Source: Octopus bimaculoides (taxonomy: Eukaryota). Taken from it: a DNA stretch of 55,573 bases. Positions 40,328 through 53,586 of the stretch are shown piece after piece. The DNA is taken from the NCBI RefSeq assembly GCF_001194135.2, contig NC_068992.1:2167363-2222935 (forward strand), in the 5' to 3' direction. How positions within the stretch are numbered: position 1 is the stretch's first letter; every line of letters begins with the position of its first letter. The notes beneath the pieces are model-generated. The model saw nothing but the letters and a program-made list of their open reading frames with translations, did no database searches and had not been told where the DNA came from. Both the position numbers and the translations under genes were made by a program.

Positions 40328-40520
40328 ACAGTTCAACAATATGGCCCTATATTACAGATCATAGATCAACAATATTGCCCTATATTACAGATTAACATTA
40401 TAATTCCATATCACAGATCAACGTTGCACTCTTATTAACAGGATATTCTATCATAACCGTTTGTCACAGATCAGCATTATTACGCTATGCCAATGACCAA
40501 CATTATTACACTATTTCAGA
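40328..40520 (+). repeat. Degenerate ~26-bp tandem array
   Basis: ACAGATCAAC-like anchors at about 40328, 40354, 40361, 40387, 40413, 40438, 40466 and 40492, with echoes to about 40655. Confidence 0.6.
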
Positions 40521-40716
40521 AATCGCACCCTATAGTCATAGCTCGTACATCAATAGTATGGATCTGTGCCAGCGCTCTACACTTTTACTCTGTATCACAG
40601 ACAAATATTATCGTCTATATCTATGTCGGAGATCAATAAAGTCTCTGATCAACATTATAAACCTATATTTATACACCTACAATCTGACACAATTTCAAGA
40701 TTTAATGTAACGTCAT

Positions 40717-40748
<32 letters not shown>

Positions 40749-40988
40749 TCAACAGAGTAAAATGCATTGCAAACATTAAAGATTTTCTTTATTCCCAGAG
40801 TACAAAATGTCGATTTTTCATTAGCATTGGGGAAAAAATTCAGCAAGAAAATATTACACCGTACGATCAGATGATTTTTAGAAATTCTGGAAACGGAAGA
40901 ATTAGGAAACAATAAGATAATCAAAAAGTATTAAAATGCATAAAAACAGTTTCACATCAGAAAAAGAAATATAAATGCTGTGCAATGA

Positions 40989-41023
<35 letters not shown>

Positions 41024-41704
41024 GATATATATACATGTATGTTCATCCCCAACGAATAACAAATTTGTTAAATACTTGATTGTTTTAGAAGTAGTGCTCC
41101 TTACTTCCTTGTTTTCGCGGGTTCACCCTTCTTCGGATTTAGAACAATGTTATTTCTCACTATACTGTAGGTTTTGTTTTTTTCTTTTGGGGTTTGGGGA
41201 TTCTGTTTGTCAAATTAAGTTCGATATTAATCAAAACGATGACTTACATATTCATTCTTAATTCTTTCGGGCAGATTCGAACACCAATAAACTATTCGCT
41301 GTTTTATCTCGTTAATGGGCAACAACTTTCAGACGAATGTGCACGCACGTGTTTATAACACACTTCTTTCATTATCATAAGGAGACAAATGAATCTAACA
41401 AGAGTTTGTTTACAAGCATAATGAGCAACGCCCCACTCCCCTCTTTTGACTAACGTATGATACAAAAATCAGAGATTAGTAATGATTAGTCATTTGTCTT
41501 GGCAATCCCAGACAGCACGGTTTCATTTTCTGGTTAATCTCCACTTCATGAACGTCGTATCAACATCAAAGAGCTATCGCCCTAAAAGATGCCATCTTGG
41601 TAGTGTATGCCATCAAATTTCATATATTCGTTGTCGCTTTGAAGAAGTAAAGAGTCTTACAAAAGTTTTGGAAGTAGATAGTAGCTACTAATGGTAAAAA
41701 AAGG

Positions 41705-41947
41705 AAGGTTCCTTTCCGAATCGTGTAGATTCATAAGGCCAGTTATCCGGTTTCCATGGCGTATATTCCCCAACCGGACAGGACACCGGTCCTTCGCTGG
41801 ATTATTCATTTTTGCCAGCTGAGTGGACTGGAGGAACATGAAATGAATTGTTTTGCTCAAGAATATAACGCGTCACCCAGTCCAGGAATCGAAACCACAA
41901 TCTTATAATCATGAATCCAACACCTTAACCACTAAGCCAAGCGCCTC
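41705..41947 (-). mobile_element. SINE with family B head and a different tail
   Basis: Minus strand has A-box TGGCTTAGTGG, B-box GTTTCGATTCC and GCGTTATATTCTTGAGCAAAAC...GCTGGCAAAAATGA as in the 7412 copy, followed by an unrelated tail GGACCGGTGTCCTGTCCGG...GGAAACCGG. Confidence 0.8.
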
Positions 41948-44199
41948 GCCATTAGTGGTACATTGGCTAATTGCAGTGCTTTGATAATCCTATCAAAGAC
42001 GTTTTTGATAAGCTATATCATAGCCAAATTTCTACATTTTTTTAAAAGATGCTTTTTGTCTTATATTATTCATTATATGTCTTATATTATATTATTCAAT
42101 ACACCCCGCCCCATTTCCTTCTTTCCGCAGCTTCTTTAGGGGTTACAATATTGTTGGGTACAATGGTTCTGTAGAAACGGTTTGGGGCAACCAGTACGTA
42201 TATTATACATGATGTCTTGACAGACTTGTTTGGCGGTAATTTTAGGTTTTATGGTTTGGCTACTATGATGGGAGGGGTTGATATTTTTGACGGGTGTTGA
42301 CAGCCCTGAAAGTATGTTTCACGTGTCCTTGATACTCTTCCCATACAATATCATGGATTGTAACCGATAATAGGATATCTTTTTAACCAATATCCATTAG
42401 TAAATTTAGGGCAGCGGCTTTACTGTTTGTTTCCTTATTCTTTCTTTTCTTCGGGACTGATTCTAGTGCGGCACCGTCGATGTTCGATACAGTTGCAATG
42501 TCTCAGTTCTAATTTATCTCCATTCAGCTTTTTTCGCCGAATTTATCATTTCTTCCTCATATTGATCGCCAGCAGCTTTCAACTTTTTCTGTTGAAGAGA
42601 TGTTTTTCAGTGTTATTTTTTCTTTTCATCTACGAATGACTGATTTACGATAGACATGCAAATAATCTCATCGTTGTTTTGCGTTTATATTCTGCAGATA
42701 TTTTAATTTTTCATCTATAGCTGTTAATTCTTATTCCAGCTGATAAATTTTCAAAGTTCAGATTTTAGATTTCAAGTTCCTAACTTACTTCCCTAGTTTC
42801 CTAGTATTTTGATTGTTTCTGATAATTTATCAATTCATTGTGTACTGCACTTCATAATTAAGATAATCCACGAGATAGTTCTTCCAAGAAAAAGGATTTT
42901 ATTTTTCAAATAGTCAAACAATACCGATTCCGAGTGTTTACCTCTCTCTTTCCTCTGCGGCTCCCGCTCCCTGCGGTAGGTTTGCTTTGTTATTACTGAC
43001 ACATATATCAAGGCTCTCGGATGTGGGTTCAGATTTAATAGACGTTAACTAATTTACTACTCACAGTTCTAATTTAAAATGCTTTTTTTTTCTTTTTCAT
43101 GTTTATTCTAAATGTACTACTGTAAAACTATACTTCAAACCTGCCGCAGTATATATCTTCCCACACAATTTTTAGAGAATAAAAAATAATTTGATGTTCT
43201 TCTGTATATTCAAAGAAGCTTTCAGTATCCTTTCACGGTTTTTGCTCTTTAGCAGGCTCTGACTATTTCTGTGTGACTGTAAGTTCACTGTTGCCATTGA
43301 TGGTGCCCTTCGTGTTATCATTGGATGTTCTGTGACGGTTTAGCGTGGGAGAAGTTGGCACACTACTACTACTACTACTACTACATTGCCGAAATCGATA
43401 TTATTGTTCTTGTGGTTGTTACTTTATGACGTATGTTAAATATGTCGATTGAGTTAACCCTATCGGTTTTCTTTTCAAGATGTGTTTTCGATGTTTTGCA
43501 CTAAAGTCTAATTCTGTTTGTTTTAACGTCCGACAAACTTATCTTTAGTTTTTCATAAATCCAAAACGTTTAGATTCAGAGCGTTCGAACAATTCATTCA
43601 ACTGTTTATTAAGTTCATAATTCCAGTGTATATTGTAGATGTGATCGCGATTAGGACGTACAAGGAAGATTAATGTGTTTACCCAGAACCATTTTTGATT
43701 TTTCACTTTCTGTTTATATTTAATATCAAATGACGCGATGTCGATTTTTAAAAGCTCCGAGGAACTTTTGCTACGATTAAATTTTACACATTTTCACAGC
43801 TTGGATTTTCTTTCCTTTTAAATTGTTTTCCTTTTAGAACTGTGGACANNNNNNNNNNNNNNNNNNNNNNNNNNNNNNNNNNNNNNNNNNNNNNNNNNNN
43901 NNNNNNNNNNNNNNNNNNNNNNNNNNNNNNNNNNNNNNNNNNNNNNNNNNNNNNNNNNNNNNNNNNNNNNNNNNNNNNNNNNNNNNNNNNNNNNNNNNNN
44001 NNNNNNNNNNNNNNNNNNNNNNNNNNNNNNNNNNNNNNNNNNNNNNNNNNNNNNNNNNNNNNNNNNNNNNNNNNNNNNNNNNNNNNNNNNNNNNNNNNNN
44101 NNNNNNNNNNNNNNNNNNNNNNNNNNNNNNNNNNNNNNNNNNNNNNNNNNNNNNNNNNNNNNNNNNNNNNNNNNNNNNNNNNNNNNNNNNNNNNNNNNN

Positions 44200-44248
<49 letters not shown>

Positions 44249-44954
44249 CGTTACTGTATAGATACTTCAGTAGAAATGTTTGAATTTAATCTTACATGCA
44301 TTCTATAGTTCAACTAGCCCATAAGACGATATGTTGCCTTCGTATAAGCGCCAATTGTTTACGTTTGTATCTCGGACTGAGGAGTACGGTCACCATATAT
44401 GTATGCTAGTATGAATTTGTTATTGCATGTATGTTTGTATGTGGATAGAAAGTGTGATTGATGTAAAAATTGTCAGAAGAATAAGAGAATGAAGATGAAG
44501 GAATATGGTAGAAGAAAAAACAGAATGAGTAATGAATCAACTAAAAGAAGTATAAGAGATAAGCTGAACGAGAGATTACGAAACGAAATATGATAAAACA
44601 AAAGGAGAAATAAGGCAGTGAAAGGAAAGAAATATCAACAGGAAAGGAGGAGGAGGAGGTGGAGAAAGAGGAGCTGGGAAAGAAGGAAAAAACGAATGAT
44701 GTAGAAAAGGTGGAAGGAGAGAAAAAATGTGGAAAGATGCAAGATGTTTAAATGAACAAGAAACAAAGAAGCAAATAAAACAGAAGAAACGTGTTCAAAG
44801 AAACTCACACCCATACACAAAGGAGATACATATATGCACGCATAAAACAATACACACACACACACACACACACATTTTTATATCGAAGAAGATACATACA
44901 CACAGTTATGAAAGTAGATACATATGATATACACATACCTATAACACTCATATA

Positions 44955-44988
<34 letters not shown>

Positions 44989-46059
44989 TATATTCATTTG
45001 TTCGCGCACATATACTCACACGCATATAGTAACAGAACACTTGATGTGTATATATGTATATAGGCATATGTGTATGAGTGGGCACATATGCATTTTTTAC
45101 AACTACATTATGAATTTTCAAACATATACACTCCAACATATATGTGTGAATGTGTGTGTGTGTGTGCGTGCCTGTATATGTGCGTGTGTGCTGTGTATGC
45201 ATGTATATGTTTGTGCACGCTCATACATATATATACACACATGCATACACACATTTCTACATTACGCACAATTTTCACACGCATTCATAGGAAAGCCCCA
45301 AGCCAAGACCGACGAAGCAGTAAGTAATAAGAAATAATTGGTTACAAAGTGTGTGTGTGTGTGTATGTGTGTGTACATTCCTGTCGATTTCTGTGTATGC
45401 AAGCATGCTTGTACTGTCAACTCTCACACATATATACACATACATAAATATGCGCGTATATATATATATACATATATGTGTGTGTGTGTGTGTCTGTCTG
45501 TCTGTGTATATATGCATGTGTTAGTCAGTACGCGCGCATGTGTGTGTGTTTGTGTATATATGTATGTGTTAGTCATACGCGCGCATGAGTGTATGTGTGC
45601 ATATATGTGTGAGTGTGTGTGAGAGTGCGTGCATGTGTGTGTGTGTGTGTGTGAGTGCGTGTCTCTAAGTGTGCGTATGTACATTCCTGTCAGCTTATAT
45701 GTAGGCAAGCATGGTTGTATTATAAACTCACATACACATACAAGCACGCAAATATGCGCGTATATACATATATATGCGTGTGTGTGTGTTTCACCAACAA
45801 GATATTGCCATACCGAAGTATTGTACTGCAGTGCAATAGGACACCGGAAACAAATAGTTTTTCTTCTATTGTTTTTATTAGTTTTGGGTGCGCATGCGTC
45901 GGAATGTATGTGTGCCTATGCGTGTGTTTGTGCGGATGTGTGTGTTTGTGTGTGTGTGTGTTTAGTTTCTAGAAATCGTTTTCTATATTTTCTTTTGTTA
46001 CTCCTTTCACATTGTGTAGGTACATGTGTTAGTGCAGCCGTACGGATGAATCTGTATAT

Positions 46060-46065
46060 TTATAC

Positions 46066-46104
<39 letters not shown>

Positions 46105-46116
46105 TATACATACATA

Positions 46117-46153
<37 letters not shown>

Positions 46154-46345
46154 ATATATGTGTGTGTATGGATATACACATGTATATATGTGTGTCTATA
46201 TAAGTGTATGTATGTCTGTGTATGTATATATGTATATATGTGTATGTATATGTATGTATATATATATGTATATATGTCTGTGTATGTATATATATATATA
46301 TATATAATGTGTGTATATATATATGTGTGTGTGTTTGTGTGTGTG
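46060..46345. repeat. (CA)n-(TG)n-(TA)n compound block
   Basis: Seen directly. Confidence 0.9.
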
Positions 46346-47283
46346 CCTATGCGTCGGAGTTTTCATATGCAAAGGTTTTGCTATTTCATATTTTTCCTGT
46401 TTTCTCTAAATTTATTTCTTCTCTTTTTTTCCCATTTTGTCTTTTCTGGAATTTTCCTAATCTTTACACTTTATTTTTGTTTCATTTTTAAGTGGGAGGG
46501 GAAGGGAATCGTTCTTACTGTTTGATGTTTTGACGTTGTCGTTGTTGCTGATGATCGTGTTGTTGTTTTTCTTTCTTACTGGTTATGGTTGTGATGACGA
46601 TGATGATGATGAGAGTGGTGGTAGTAGTGATGATGAAAATGATGATGGTTATGATGATGTTGATGGTGGTGGTGGTCGGAGTGTTGTTATTGCTGTAATA
46701 GTTCTTGTTTTCGTATCTCCTGCTCTTCTTGTTGCTTTTAGTTCTTGTTGATGTTAATACTGTTGTCGCTGATGTTGTTATCCTCGATGATAATCTTGTT
46801 CTTCTTATTACTGTCGTCGTCACCGACGTCGTTGTTGTGGTTGTTGTTGTTGTTCAAATGTTATTATTTTACTTAAAAGATTTGGTCAGACTTAGAAAGA
46901 CAACAGAAATATGAAGAGTGATGTGGTTGGGACGGGCAGCGGTTGGGGTGGAAATGTCTGAGGAAGATGAGTTATGAGACGAGAGAGAGAGAGAGAGACA
47001 GCGCGAGAGACAAAAGAAGATGAAGACAGAGAGACAGACAGATGCGTGGAGAAATGGTGGTGAGAAAGGAAAAATGAGAATAGCCAGCGAATGCGAAGGG
47101 TTTATTGGAGAGCAAAACCAGCATAGATACGAATATTAATGATGAGGATGCTGATGATGAGGATGCTGATGGTGACGGTGGTGGTGATGGAGAAAAAAGT
47201 TCTAGGTACGCAGATGGATGTCTTTGAAATTCGGTCAACAAGCAGGGAGAGAGACGGGCTGAGAGATACGCATATACACAGAT

Positions 47284-47323
47284 GTATGAATAGGTGTGTG
47301 TACGTATGAATAGGTGTGTGTAC
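47284..47323 (+). repeat. Perfect 20-bp tandem duplication
   Basis: GTATGAATAGGTGTGTGTAC x2. Confidence 0.95.
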
Positions 47324-47348
47324 GTATGCGTGTTACTGTATCTGTCTG

Positions 47349-47382
<34 letters not shown>

Positions 47383-47722
47383 TATATACCAAATTCCAAT
47401 ATTATATATATACATATGTACATACATACATACATAAATTATATAAGAGAGAGAGGGGGGATGGAGACATAGGTAGGGACGTAGATAGATTAGATAGACA
47501 GACAGACAGGTAGGTAGGTAGGTAGGTAGTTGGGTGGGTGGATAATGTTTATCTTATTCATCGATATGAAATGGTTGACAGATACAAATGCTTTTTTTTT
47601 CTTGTGGACATGACAGTGTGGTCTCCAATGAATGCCCCTGCCTTTGGCCTTACGCTGAAACCAATCGAGAGAAAAGGAGACAGAAACCGAGACAAACAGA
47701 CAGAAAAGGACAAGAACGGCTC

Positions 47723-47878
47723 ATCGACTCAGGTGCTTGTACTTTATCTACCGGCCTCCGAAATCATGGAAGTCATAGTTGGTGTCATTGCAATTTGAAC
47801 TGAGAATACAATAGGCTGGGAATAACACTGCAAAGCAACCTATTCGACGCTCTCCCGGCTCTGGCAATTCACCGACTT
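47723..47878 (-). mobile_element. SINE family A, highly decayed copy
   Basis: ATCGAC...TTGTACTT...CCGAAATCATGGAAG...AATTTGAACTGAGAA...CTCTGGCAATTCACCGACTT is collinear with the family A minus-strand pattern. Confidence 0.5.
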
Positions 47879-48179
47879 ATATAAATATATACTTGACAAC
47901 CAGACAGACATGCAGACAGACAGACATTCAGACAGAGAGACAGATACTGACAGGCAGGCAGAAATAAAGGCAGACCGACTTAGAGGCAGACACACAGAGG
48001 CAGCCAAAAGGTAGATATCTTGTTAGCAGGGAAACAAAAAAACTGAAATATAGAGCAGCAGACATAGCGGAATATACAGAGCCAGACTCACAGACAGACA
48101 CGTAAACAGACAGGAATACTTTGTTATACAGACAACTAGAAAAATGGTCCACTTTTAAAATCTACTACATACGATAAGT

Positions 48180-48378
48180 ATCTGTACGCGAACATACATA
48201 CACACATACATACATATATACACATACACACACACATACACATATGTCTATACACATATACGTGTATGTATGTGTATATATAGATATATACACACATATA
48301 TCTATATGAATATATATATATACACACACATATACCTATATGAATATATAAACACGTATATATATATATATATACATA

Positions 48379-48453
<75 letters not shown>

Positions 48454-48500
48454 CATACATATATGTATGTATGTAGGTAGGTATATATGTATGTATAGAC
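48180..48500. repeat. (CA)/(AT)n compound block
   Basis: Seen directly. Confidence 0.9.
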
Positions 48501-50075
48501 ACACACACATAACGTATGCAACAACGCAAGAGAGGGGGGAGAGGAAAAAGAATAGTAAGGAGAGTGGGAGGAAGATAAAAGGAAGATAGCGGCAGATGGA
48601 CAGACAGACAGAAAGACAGGCAGAGAAAGGTAGATATTTCATGGAATGTAGACAGTGCTAAAGCGAGAGACAGAGAGAGAGACAGAGAGAAAGACAGAGA
48701 CAAAGAGAGAGAGAGACAGAGAGAGAGAGAGACATCACAGCTGAGATGTGGGTCGTGGTAGGAAACCTAAAAATAAGATCACAGATAACATAAAACGAAG
48801 AATGGTGATGAGGGTGGCAGTGGTGGTGGTGGATGGGGAGGGTGATATTTGGTAAACATCTTCTCTGTGTCTGTCTGTCTGTCTCTTTCTGTCTCTCTCT
48901 TTCTTTCTCTCGCCTGCATTTTTTTGAACATTCTGCCACAAACTTTTCCGTAACAAATTTCAGTTTCTAGTTCTTTTGTAATTCCATCGCACCAAAATCA
49001 CTCACCGCTACCGCGGCTGTTATTACAAATGTTGTCATCATCATCGTCATCACTATTATCACTATTACCACCATCATCATCCTCACCACCTCCACCACTA
49101 CCACTGATCGTCATCGTCGTCATCATCGTCATCTCTACCTTCATTCACTGCTCCCTCTTCGTTTCCACTGTCAATCCTTCCATGACCGCTCTATACCACA
49201 AACTTCTGCTTTCGATCCAATGTAACAGTTATTGGTGAGCGCCGAGGACTCTAACCAGGTAACAACCAACCTGGGTTGCATAGCACAACACATCAGATAA
49301 ATATCTTTTGATTCGGTTTAAAGTCGCTTCCATTCGCAAATATCTCCTTATTTCGCCTATCAACCGTGTAACAGCCTTTAACACCGTTTCCTTCGAAAAG
49401 AATTGCCCGTCTTCATGATTTAATGTCAATTGTTGCTGTTCGGAATGGTAAGACAATCGAAGAGGCGATTTCAAGTGAATGTGGTGACTGCCAACTCCCA
49501 CACAACACACGGGCTTCTACATACATATATATGGTTATACTCGAGATTACTCCAATCTGGCCAGCCCTAAGGAAAAACTAAGCTAAGAGCATTAGATTCC
49601 TTGGAAGAAAGCACCGAATGTATGCGAAAACAAGGACGGAAAAAAAACGTGGAAATGTCACACAAATACAAATGCAATTAACAGGGCATAACAAGTGTCT
49701 TTCGGACGAATTGAATTAAGCTGGCGTGTGTGGAAGTGAAGCCTTATGGCAGGGACATAAGATTTGACAGGCACAGAGAGGAATATAGATGTTGCACGGA
49801 TGGTATTTGAACCAAGAATGAAAGGTCAGGCTTGGCCGAGCACCGGTCACGTGGGGAGAAAAGAGATAGAGGTAGAGACAGAGGGATATAAGAATTAAGG
49901 TGGGGCGAGAAAAAATGAAAGAGACACAGTGAAGCGAAAGAGGAGGGAAAGTGAGCATGAAGAGAAGGCTAGGAAATGTGAGAGAGGGGGAACGAAAGAA
50001 CGAAGCGTGGAATGAACGAAGTGTGAAAGGGCTGATAGAAAGAATGAGAGAATAGAAAGAATAATATAGTTGTAC

Positions 50076-50106
<31 letters not shown>

Positions 50107-50199
50107 CTTGCATATAAAAGACCAAAGGGTACCCCTACCGCTATATTTTATATATAAAAAATACAAAAATATATATATGTAGTGAACCCAAACAAAGAA

Positions 50200-50359
50200 G
50201 AACAAACATGAAAGATCAACAACGCGAGGACGTGGTGCAAGTAATTTATTATCAGACGCCCAGGAAAGGAAAGAAAGAAGATTTAACGTATCGAGCAAAG
50301 CTCTTTGGAAATAGAGGAAAGTTCAAAAGAAGGGAAGACGGAGAAAGAAATTCGCCAAC
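50200..50359 (-). mobile_element. Repeat F second copy
   Basis: Homologous to 23520-23688. It keeps stem II GAGC-TTT-GCTC and ACGT but has lost the CTGANGA core. Confidence 0.7.
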
Positions 50360-50906
50360 GTTTCCCATGTCTGTAAGTATATATATATATATATATATAT
50401 ATNNNNNNNNNNNNNNNNNNNNNNNNNNNNNNNNNNNNNNNNNNNNNNNNNNNNNNNNNNNNNNNNNNNNNNNNNNNNNNNNNNNNNNNNNNNNNNNNNN
50501 NNNNNNNNNNNNNNNNNNNNNNNNNNNNNNNNNNNNNNNNNNNNNNNNNNNNNNNNNNNNNNNNNNNNNNNNNNNNNNNNNNNNNNNNNNNNNNNNNNNN
50601 NNNNNNNNNNNNNNNNNNNNNNNNNNNNNNNNNNNNNNNNNNNNNNNNNNNNNNNNNNNNNNNNNNNNNNNNNNNNNNNNNNNNNNNNNNNNNNNNNNNN
50701 NNNNNNNNNNNNNNNNNNNNNNNNNNNNNNNNNNNNNNNNNNNNNNNNNNNNNNNNNNNNNNNNNNNNNNNNNNNNNNNNNNNNNNNNNNNNNNNNNNNN
50801 NNNNNNNNNNNNNNNNNNNNNNNNNNNNNNNNNNNNNNNNNNNNNTTAAAGTCTATTCTCAGCATATTTGGCATAAGAATTTTAAACTTTGCCCTTATTT
50901 ATAAAG

Positions 50907-50950
<44 letters not shown>

Positions 50951-51334
50951 CAATCGCATGTAGACAATTACATAAGCATGTACTAAATACGAATATACGT
51001 TCCTTGTAGTATTGATCTAACTTTGAAGTGGACCAAGTGGTAAAAAGTGAAATAAGAGATGAGACCTAATTAAACTTTAGTGATGGTATACGAAGCAGTA
51101 ACACAGCCAAACCAGTCAGCCAATCGAGACGGCAGCTATTATTACATTTTGTTGTCACATATAAACCATGCTTTTTTTGAAAGAAATCAAATAAACAAAA
51201 ACCAAATGTCGATTTTAAAAAATATAAAGAACAATTAAACATTAAATGAAATATTGATTGATTTTATTGAAAAATATTCGAGAAATAATCATACTCAGAT
51301 ACATGCATAGACATCCACGTATATATTTACATAT

Positions 51335-51382
<48 letters not shown>

Positions 51383-53029
51383 GTATACTTTTATTTATAT
51401 ATATACGTATATATATATAAATACACACACACAGATGCGATCTCGCACAAAACACCTTACCCATACATACATACATACATACATACGTGCGTCCTGCCTC
51501 AGAGACGTACTCCGACACTTACACACTCTTAGTTATATACGCTGACACACACACGGGCTATAATACAGTTTATGTATGCTGCACGTGATCAATTCTAAGA
51601 AGGAAGAATACCATAAATGAAAGAACGAAACCAAATTAGAGGAATCATGTTGAGAACAAAACTCCCGAAACTGAAGATGGAAGGATCTCATCAAAACTTA
51701 GCGTTTACGCGTTTATTTTCTATATTCTTTTATTGATTCTACCGCCAATACTAATGGATTTAAAAATGGTGACAACACGTTGTTAGGAACTGAAACCTCT
51801 AAACATGAAATCCCTCAGAAAGATCTCTATCATTAAACACAAATTAATTTTCAATAATTCTTTTTTTTTTTTTTACCTCAATTCATCAAATTTATTTCCA
51901 TTTATGAGTGCTCTAATTAACAATGAAAGAAGAATCATGCTTCATGTGTTTTTTGCCATCTTCCTATTCTATTTTCAGACCAATTGTATGATGTACTTGA
52001 AACGTTGTGTAGTTTGAAAGGAGCTGCTCTGCTGTATTTCATGTTTAAGTACTTGTAAAATTTCGCTCACTAAAGGAATCTGATATTATTTAAAACAGAA
52101 TATATTTGCTAATATGAATCGCCTTCAAATTCATGTATCGCTTGTGAGTAGGAGCACATACTTCTAAATATCTAGAAACTTTCATTGAATAATTCCGGTT
52201 TCAAGTCTCGTCTGAATTATTGTCACTAAAATATAGATGGGTCATGTGATATTTTAAACGAATTAAGAGTGGTGGGTTATTTCTCTTTAGGAAAATTAAT
52301 TTAAGCTTTTTAAATAATTGAATATTGGTTGTTTAAATCATTTCAGTTAGATTCTTCATTTAACAATCATGTGCTTCTTTTCCCTCCAAGACTGACTATT
52401 ATAGTTTGGCCTATTCTATGGAATTATGAAGACTGAAGACAAGTTTAATACGCACAATATTACATATTTAGAGTTGAGATGAATAAGATTCTGTTTTACG
52501 TTTAAGTAAAATAGATACAACAGGATACACACAGACACACATAAATAGACTAACGTAGACATACACGTAAGCAAACACATACAAAACACATACAGATATA
52601 TAAAGAATCAACCAAACACAAACGAATTGTGTTTGTGTGTGTGTCTACGTTGTTGTTCATGATATTGTTGCTGTTCAAACTTGTCATTGCTACGGTGATG
52701 GAACTGTGTAGTGAAATGTTTTGACTGCGAGCAACAGGTTCATCTTCAACGCCACCACCACCACCATTCTTCTCTCTTGCTGGTTGTCTGTCAAAGACGA
52801 TGGCGTGGAAACCTGTTTGGAAATATATTTTGTTCTGATTTGAACAAGTTGACTTTTTGCAATATTGTGACCCGTGGTGTGTGTAACAGAGGGGAGTCAA
52901 CCAGTTTCTTACACTTCTGGTCGACTTAACAAGATTTAACAACAGAACTAGCAAATACAAGCTTCGGGAAAGGAAAGCAAAACCAAAAGCTTACAGAGTG
53001 TCTACACCATGCTCGTTGATAGCATTGAA

Positions 53030-53166
53030 TAACAACAACGATGTCGACGACAACAATAACAACAACAGCAACGACAAAAACAACAGCAGCAGCGGCAGCA
53101 GCAGAAACAAACAGCAATAATAACAACAATGATGATCACAATAATAATAATAATAATAATAATGAT
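53030..53166. repeat. AAC/CAG/AAT trinucleotide block; the AAT part is the likely tail of the Tx1-like LINE
   Basis: Seen directly. Confidence 0.9.
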
Positions 53167-53580
53167 GATTTCATTTATTTGCTACAAAGGCGAAGGATGA
53201 GGGGACAATAGAGACAGACATAAGGTGTTGGGGTTTACATATAATAATAAAAGGATATATGAAAAAGAAAAGTATATATTATATACACTGGGAAAGAGGA
53301 GACATATGCATAGCATAGAAAGGTAAAAAAAAAAGGTGGGGAGGATGATAGAGATGTGGCCTTCCTGATACAGGAACACCTTTAGGGATAATCGAGGAAC
53401 CCTACTGTCCGAGACTTCCCTGAAACCCTATGAGCAAGTACCCTCTCCAATTCCTTCTCTACGACTCACAGGTCTAGACTTAGAGAGGTACCATTCCACT
53501 CTTACCATTTTCCCACATTTCTGTAAACTCACTCGAGGACAGCACTTCCCTCTGCACTCTTAATTCCCTTTTCAAGTGAA
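53167..53580 (-). mobile_element. 3' end of a Tx1/L1-like LINE (ORF2 C-terminus and 3' UTR)
   Basis: Minus strand translates HLKRELRVQREVLSSSEFTEMWENG*, resembling Tx1-type ORF2 C-termini (recalled, not searched). A pyrimidine-rich UTR follows, ending AATAAATGAAATC into an (ATT)n tail. Confidence 0.6.
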
Positions 53581-53586
53581 ACTTAA

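Noticed and set aside
40328-40520. CRISPR-like array
   Set aside because: The period is too short, the repeats are degenerate, the context is eukaryotic and no cas genes are present.
42100-42700. Minus-strand coding-like, Lys/Glu-rich broken frames (possible LINE ORF1 relic)
   Set aside because: I could not identify a diagnostic motif.
49525-49875. Sequence that looks like a familiar octopus interspersed repeat
   Set aside because: It is single-copy in this window and I could not parse a structure, so the support is recollection only.
3151-50874. Long ORFs in the track (for example 4801-5976, 16098-16958, 35898-36779, 45629-46525)
   Set aside because: They are open only because of N-runs or dinucleotide repeats (YIYI, CVCV, THTH, LSLS) and show no protein signal.
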